From contig OX597821.1 in NCBI GenBank assembly GCA_951406725.2, positions 107,942,001 through 108,006,000 on the forward strand: a stretch of 64,000 bases of DNA, in the 5' to 3' direction. Positions 55,840 through 64,000 of this stretch are shown here, in pieces; positions within the stretch are counted from its first letter, which is position 1; every line of letters begins with the position of its first letter. The DNA comes from Octopus vulgaris (lineage: Eukaryota). A model generated the notes under the pieces. It worked only from the letters and a program-made list of their open reading frames with translations, was not told the DNA's origin and did no database searches. The position numbers and the translations under genes were made by a program.

Positions 55840-56269
55840 ACTAGGTATAGGTAGGTAGGTAGGTAGGTAGGTAAGTAGGTAAGTATGTTTCTATCTAAAT
55901 GTTAGCGGGGGTGGGGTGCCGAAGAAACTATCTTACTAAACATTCATAACCCAAGTAAAGCTGTATTGCCCAGCAATGAATGCTGTCTAACGGGACCACG
56001 GGAGAAATCTGGACTGGCAAATTTCATGGGACACTAGCGGATTAACACATGCGGCTTTGCAGATTAACTATGGTTTTGCAGATAGGGATTAAGAACATCG
56101 AAGGCTGAAGAGATCATCTTTTACATTAAAGGATTTTTCGGTGAGCTTTTCTATTGCGACGATGATTTCACGACGCAACATTGCCGGATATAGAATTCCT
56201 GAAATGGGAATCCATCATGGATATTCCAGGATCATAGATTCTGAGTGAATCTTTCTATTTTGCTTCTTT

Positions 56270-56523
56270 CATTCTTTTACTGGTTTCAGTCATTTGACTG
56301 CGGCTATGCTGGAGCACCGCCTTAAGCCGAACAAATCGACCCCAGGACCTATTCATTGTAAGCCTAGTACTTCCGTCTCTTTTGCCGAACCGTTAAGTTA
56401 CGGGGACGTAAACACATCAACATCGGTTGTCAGGCGATGATGGGGGACAAACACAGAAACACAAATATGCGTGCACACACACACACACACACACACATAT
56501 ATGTATGTATGTATGTATGTATG

Positions 56524-56556
<33 letters not shown>

Positions 56557-56715
56557 GCAACGGCCTTCTTTCAGTTTCCGTCTATCCAAGCCACTCACAA
56601 GGCTCTGGTTGACCCGAGGTTATGGCAGAAGACACTTCTCCAAGGTGCCACACAATAGGACTGAACGCGGCACCATGTGTTTGAGAAGGAAGCGTCTTAC
56701 CACGCAACTACTCCT
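56270..56715 (-). mobile_element. SINE family A, near full length
   Basis: Reverse complement of family A. Confidence 0.85.
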
Positions 56716-56933
56716 GACCCTGTGTATGAAAGGGTGAGGTTATTAGAGCAGCGTTGTAAAAAGCATCTTCTATCGGGCCATTTCAAGACGAACGAAAATA
56801 TATTAGCAGTCCGGCAAAATAGAACGATAAAATAAGGACCACGATAGAAGGAAAAATTACTGGGGTCGATTCGACCCTTGAAGGAATTGCTCCACATCGG
56901 AAGAAGTAGAGTGACGGAAATACGTAAACAATA

Positions 56934-56967
<34 letters not shown>

Positions 56968-56999
56968 GCGCAATATATACTTACACACAAATTCACATA

Positions 57000-57071
<72 letters not shown>

Positions 57072-57089
57072 AAGATGAATATATGAATA

Positions 57090-57124
<35 letters not shown>

Positions 57125-57339
57125 GTAGAGAGTAATATAAAAATATTACGGAGGATATATTATGAATAATTAAGATTATTTATGAATATATTAATGGCTA
57201 AACATCTTATAAAATATAAAGAAGAACACACATTTATAATTATGAACAAGTCACAATTATAAATAAGAGGGTAAAAAAACCTTTATATATTAAAAATAGC
57301 CGCTATAAAACCATTATTCACGTACCCTGTATATATATT

Positions 57340-57431
<92 letters not shown>

Positions 57432-57453
57432 ATCATATATATACATATATATA

Positions 57454-57485
<32 letters not shown>

Positions 57486-57490
57486 CATAT

Positions 57491-57533
<43 letters not shown>

Positions 57534-57564
57534 CAAAAATAGCCGCTATAAAACCATTATTCAC

Positions 57565-57620
<56 letters not shown>

Positions 57621-57630
57621 AACACACACT

Positions 57631-58937
57631 GTGGGTGCGGTGAATAAATTGTCGTCTAAAATATGCAAAAATGAAAATAATACTGACATCTAATTTTCAC
57701 AGATATATTTAACAAAGTTACATAAAAAATAAATATCTTGAAATACTAAAGGATAAATTTCTTCAATAAAATAACCACTGGCTTCAGCCACAGCCTCCAG
57801 ACGACTTCGGAATCTCCTGCAGCTCTTCAGGACAGCCTCCTTGTTTTAGTTGGTGAATGCTGCCATGATCTTTGACTTCAGTTCATCTTTGGTGTTACAA
57901 GGAGTTTTGTTGGTCTCTCGCTGAACTGCGCCTCATGCATAGCAATCAAGGAGGTTGCAGTCTGGTGAGTTAGGTGGCCAGATGTTAGTTGGTGATGTGG
58001 TCGCAGAAATTTTCTGACAGCCATGACTAGATTCTCCTGTTTGTGTGGCATGGTGCAGATTCCTATTGCCAGACATAGGGTCTTCCAGCAGCCACCTTCA
58101 TGGCTCAGGGCAGCTCTACCTCCTCCAGGCACTTTATGTAGGCCACCGTGTTGAGTCTGAGGTCGTGTGGGAAAAGGAATGGAGGCATAAGATCGCCATC
58201 ACTAGTGATCACTCCAAACACCATGAAGTTGATTGGATGTTTGATTTTTATCACTGACGTTACATGTTTTGGGGACACGGCAGGCCAAAGTTTGTTCTGT
58301 GTGTTCATCTGATCCCGGCAGAAATTTTTCTCGTCTGATAAAAATCAAATCATGTTCAGTTGGAGGGGGTGATTGAGTTTGTTCAAATGCTTCGTAGCGC
58401 GGTCTTTCCTCTTTTCCTTTATGAGCTTAGGATAGAAATTGGCCACTTCTCATTTTGTATGAGAAATACCGAATGAATTCATGCACTACCTGCCTGGTAA
58501 GAAACTCAGGCACTTCCATATCCCTGTCAATGGACCTGATTAACTTAGAGTGATTGTTGTCACTCATGTCCTGGCTCTCACCAACAAATTCAGGAATTAT
58601 TTTCTCATCAGAATAACGAGAGTGTGTTTTCCGAGCTGCCGTACCTTCGTAATTACTATTAGAGTCATCCAAATCTTTCCGAATCCTCTGCACTATCCTC
58701 AGATTGAGACCCAAACACACTGACATGATCGTATCGGAGCTTGCGCCTCGAATACCAAGCAGTACAGCATGTCGTTTCCATATTTCTGGAAGAGTAAATT
58801 GCGTCATGGTGCTGTTTTCCTCACAGATGGTGCCCAACTAACCCTAAAATACTTTTAGGACACAATCCAAATCAAGCAATGCGCATGCGCGACATAAAAA
58901 ATACTAAAAGTGGCGACAATTTACCAGTCGAAGCCTG
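57631..58937 (-). mobile_element. Near-full-length maT/DD37D-type Tc1/mariner relic
   Basis: TIR core TAAATTGTCG / CGACAATTTA. Peptides FLSDEKNF, MVFGVITSDG, YVWQ*ESAPCHT and WPPNSPDCN.LD, with stops and frameshifts. Confidence 0.85.
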
Positions 58938-58949
58938 TATGTATGTATG

Positions 58950-59018
<69 letters not shown>

Positions 59019-59031
59019 ATGTATGTATATA

Positions 59032-59081
<50 letters not shown>

Positions 59082-59099
59082 AGTGTATATATATATATA

Positions 59100-59159
<60 letters not shown>

Positions 59160-59211
59160 TGTATGTATATGTGTGTGTTTGTGAGCGTAATATCTATGTA
59201 CATATATGTAT

Positions 59212-59450
59212 GTGGAGGCGCAATATGGTTAGGGCAGCGGACTCGCGGTCGTAGGATCGTACATATATTGCATATGTGGAGGCTCCGGCAGAGGGTGGTG
59301 GCAATCTCTGCTGACGCAGTTGGCCTGCTCGCTTAGCCAGCGGGGTGGTGTCATTTGAAGGCTAAACAATGCGAAGCGCATTGTGACCAGCTATGTGTAG
59401 CAACATCTGATAGATTGGTCGGTCACGGTGATCACGGTGATATATGCATA
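59212..59450 (+). mobile_element. SINE family C-like fragments
   Basis: GTGGAGGCGCAAT..GGTTAGGGCAGCGGACTCGCGGTCGTAGGATCG head. Confidence 0.65.
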
Positions 59451-59494
59451 TTAGGATATTTATATGAATGTATACGTACATATACATATACATA

Positions 59495-59584
<90 letters not shown>

Positions 59585-59691
59585 ATATATATATACATAT
59601 TTGTATATATATGTATATATATATATGTATATATATATACATATATACATATATAAATATCTATCTGTATATATATATATATATTTATTTG

Positions 59692-59744
<53 letters not shown>

Positions 59745-59859
59745 GTATATATATATACATATATACATATATAAATATCTATCTGTATATATATATATAT
59801 ATATATATTTCGTTTTTGGATTTGGTTTGCAAGATACTTTATATGAGTTCGTGTGTTGA

Positions 59860-60115
59860 AGCATATTGTGTTGTGTCTGGGTAGAGTCATTTTCTTTTTG
59901 TGCCTTATGATTTAACACACGCACAGGCAAAATATCCTCTTGTTCCTTATTTTTATTTTACTAAAATTTTCGTTGCGTCTTGCACCCTTTTCTGCAGCCG
60001 TTAAAGTGACAATTGGAAAGGGTGCAAAATGCGAAGAAAATGAGTAGAAATCGAACCGGTGCGTGTGTTAAATAATAAGGTACTAAAAGAGGATAACTTT
60101 CCTGAGACACAATAC
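59860..60115. mobile_element. Imperfect ~255-bp palindromic (fold-back/MITE-like) element
   Basis: GTGCCTTATGATTTAACACACGCAC pairs with GTGCGTGTGTTAAATAATAAGGTAC; TTGCACCCTTT pairs with AAAGGGTGCAA. Confidence 0.7.
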
Positions 60116-60120
60116 TATAC

Positions 60121-60153
<33 letters not shown>

Positions 60154-60264
60154 TGTATGTATGTATGTATGTATGTATGTATGTATGTATGTATGTATGT
60201 ATGTATGTATGTATCTATCTATCTATCTATCTATGTAGCTATATATATATATATATAAATATAT

Positions 60265-60430
60265 CGGTGTAGGAGTAGTTGTGTGGTAAGTAACTTGCTT
60301 ACAATCCACATGGTTCCAGGTTCAGTCCCACCGCGTGGCACCTTAGGCAAGTGTTTTCTACTATACCCTCGGTACAATCAAAGCTTTGTGAGTGGATTTG
60401 GTAGACGGAAACTGAAAGAAGCCTGTCGTA
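60265..60430 (+). mobile_element. SINE family A head
   Basis: Matches 685-826. Confidence 0.85.
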
Positions 60431-60783
60431 TACAGAAATATACGTATGTGTGTATATATATTGTGTGTGTGTGTATATATAGGTTTATGCCACTGTTTTA
60501 CTGGTCACCATTTCACTTCCAATAAATAGCATTTCCCTCATAATATATTTAATATCAAGGGTGTATACAAGTCCATTTATGTTTCATGGTAGCAGCACCA
60601 GACAGCAATGTATATGTGTGTATGTAGATGTTTGTGTGTATGTGCGTGCGTGTGTGCGTGTGCGTAGATACTTGTGTTTACGCATATCGAGAACATGTTT
60701 ATTTTTGCTAATATAACGCAAATTCTATCTGCCATAATTTGATTCAAATACACACGCACACACACTCATACACATATATGTAT

Positions 60784-60831
<48 letters not shown>

Positions 60832-60954
60832 CATATATATATATATATATATATACCGGAGTAAACACATAAATGTGAAACAAGGTGGAAAAAAGAGTAC
60901 TCAAATACCAGTGGTAGAGTAATATGCTTTATTTTAAGCAGCAGAAAATTCAAC

Positions 60955-61000
60955 AAAATCTGTTACTCTGAGTTTCTCGTTGCCGTTCATCAGACAGTTT
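60955..61000 (-). ncRNA. Minimal type I hammerhead-like ribozyme in repeat family H2 (60855-61000)
   Basis: Minus strand AAACTGT-CTGATGA-ACG-GCAA-CGa-GAAA-CTC-A-GA-GTA-ACAGATTT. Core intact; one mismatch at the base of stem II. Confidence 0.7.
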
Positions 61001-61034
61001 TATATATATATATATATAAATATATATATATATA

Positions 61035-61422
61035 TCTTTCTCTTGTTTCAGTCATTTGACAGCGACCATGCTGGAGCACCGCCTTTAGTCGAGCAAATCG
61101 ACCCCGGGACTTATTCTTTGTAAGCCCAGCACTTAGTCTATCAGTCTCTTTTGCCGAACCGCTAAGTGACGGCGACGTAATGCTAGGGGGACAAACACAG
61201 ACACACAAACATATACACGCACACATAAACACAGACACACAAACATATGCACATATACGACAGGCTTCATTCTGTTTCCGTCTACCAAATCCACTCACAA
61301 GGCATAGGTCGGCCAGGGGCTATAGCAGAAGACACTTGCGCAAGATGCCACGCAGTGGGACTGAACCCAAAACCATGTGGTTGGTAAGCAAGCTACTTAC
61401 CACACAGCCACTCCTGCGCCTA
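61035..61422 (-). mobile_element. SINE family A, full length
   Basis: Reverse complement of family A. Confidence 0.88.
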
Positions 61423-61814
61423 TATATATATATATAGGAAAAATTGTGGGATTATCAATCCGAGCAAAATACTTCATAGGGTCTCTGGTGACAAACCAGG
61501 CTTATAACGTTGTTTATATTAATAAAGAACTTCGTGGCTGTGTTCAAGGTTATGGTACCTCAGAATTCTATATTACAAATCCGTGAACACGCTCCGCACA
61601 AACCTCATTTTGGATAGAGTGATGTATAAAACAAAGCATAAATAACGGACATCACATTTTCATTTGTTATGTATATTCTTTTATTCTTTTATTTGTTTCA
61701 GTCATTTGACTGCGGCCATGATGGAGCAGCGCTTTCAGTCGAACAAATCGACCACAGGACCTATTCTTTGTAAGAATAAACAAACACAGATACTGAAGCA
61801 TATGTGTATGTATG

Positions 61815-61890
<76 letters not shown>

Positions 61891-61923
61891 CAATACGTAA
61901 TGGCCTGCTATTTATACACTCTT

Positions 61924-61969
<46 letters not shown>

Positions 61970-62136
61970 GCACACACACACACACACATACACACACACA
62001 CACACACATACACACACACACACATATATATATATATATTATATATATATATATGTATTTATATATATGTATTTATATATATATATATATATATGTATTT
62101 ATATATGTATATATATATATATATATATATGTATAT

Positions 62137-62173
<37 letters not shown>

Positions 62174-62551
62174 AGCATATATGTATGTCGTTATATATAG
62201 ATATATGTATATGTGTATTTATATGTGGTTCTCTATAAGTAAGATTATGTTTCTATATATATATGTTGGTATGTATGCGTCTATTCCATATTTTCTATAT
62301 CTTGGCATGTATCTTGTATGTGTGTGTACCCACACACATACGTACATACATACTTACATTCATTCATAAATATATATGCAAATGTATATGTATAGAAATA
62401 TATCTAAGTATATATATATATATTTATATATATATATATCTGGTGGAGCTCCGGCATGTCCACGGCCGCATGGCTGAAACGAAATAAAAAGTATGTGTGC
62501 GTGTGTATGTGTGTTTGTATTTATATATACATACACACACACACACACACA

Positions 62552-62617
<66 letters not shown>

Positions 62618-62659
62618 GATAGATAAATAGATATATGTAATATATACATCTCCCTCTGT

Positions 62660-62705
<46 letters not shown>

Positions 62706-63340
62706 ATATATGTGTGTGTGTATATATATGTGTGTGTGTGTGTGTATATATATATCTATCTAGCTGTCTGTCTGTCTCTCAATCTCTCTATGTATTTATG
62801 TATCTATCTACCTACAAATACACAAATACACACACACAGAAACATACACATACACACACACGCACGCACACACACACACACATACACAAAGAAAACTATG
62901 CATATATATATATTATATATATATATATATCTATATATAAAATACAAACACAGAACAATTTACGTTTTTTCAATATGAATTCCATTCGTGGAATGTTGCC
63001 TTACAACCAACGTTAAGACGATCGGTGATGACGGATGGGCGTGGCCAAGTTTTCATCGTCTTAAAATATCTTGTAATCTCCACCCACAAACACCAACCCC
63101 CTCTTCCTTCCTTCCTTCTTCTATATATACTGCTGCTATCTGATACCACTGCACTTCTGCTGCAGCTACCTTCATAGTCTCCTTTCCTCTCCCTCTTCCT
63201 CACTCTGTCTTCTATAACACTTGTCTGATATTTCGTTGATTTCATATAATATAAAGGTTCACTATCGCTTTTGTTATGCCTTGTTAGGTTTTGGTATTAC
63301 CACGTCTCTCTCTCTCTTTCTCTCTCATTCGCTCTCCCTT

Positions 63341-63424
<84 letters not shown>

Positions 63425-63486
63425 AATCAATTTAACTATCTATCTACTTATCTATCTATCTAGCTGTCTGTCTGTCTATCTGTCTA

Positions 63487-63529
<43 letters not shown>

Positions 63530-63755
63530 GTCTATCTATCTATCTATCTATCTATTTATCTACCTATGTATCTCTCCCACTCTCTCTCTTTCTCTCTCTT
63601 TATATATTAATGCGTGTGTGTTATATTTACGTGTATATATATATATGTATATATGTATATATATATATTTATATATACATATATATAAATACATATAAAT
63701 ATATATATATATATACAGACACATAAATATATATATGTATTCATACACACACACA

Positions 63756-63815
<60 letters not shown>

Positions 63816-64000
63816 CATATATACACATATACACACTTACACACACACACACGCTCGCACACACATTCACACACAGATATACATTTAAAATACATATCAG
63901 TCTATATATATGTTTATATATCTACGCACCTACCCACTGTGTGACATACCTATCCGTAATATGAATGTAGAATTCTTGCGAAAACCACACATACATACCT

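Noticed and set aside
56197-56242. Pre-miRNA
   Set aside because: 3-nt loop and large bulge; no exact seed match to a miRNA I can recognise.
57293-57564. 30-bp direct repeat AAAAATAGCCGCTATAAAACCATTATTCAC
   Set aside because: Encloses only TA repeats; simple slippage duplication or assembly noise.

Overview
Eukaryotic, AT-rich, microsatellite-saturated genomic DNA. The SINE types and the density of (TA)n, (ATAC)n, (TATC)n and (TAA)n tracts suggest a coleoid cephalopod, probably Octopus; this is inferred from pattern recognition only. I found no intact host protein-coding gene, and almost all listed ORFs are translated simple repeats. The real coding remnants come from transposons: three mariner relics and one maT/DD37D relic, a Tx1/L1-clade LINE 3' end, two R4/Dong-clade (RLE) LINE 3' ends plus a short third piece, and a CR1/L2-like tail. 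There is also one complete non-autonomous Helitron and many tRNA-derived SINEs of three families. The most notable signal is about a dozen hammerhead-ribozyme-like motifs from several unrelated small repeat families (Penelope/retrozyme-like), mostly abutting (TA)n tracts. The best is a pair with an intact core inside a 230-bp inverted repeat at 6388-7231. Other observations are LINEs that appear to target microsatellites, two ~210-bp locally templated insertions, several fold-back duplications, and a candidate TATA/Inr promoter with a short ORF near 34 kb. All alignments and foldings were done by eye; element boundaries are approximate unless a TSD or TIR is quoted.
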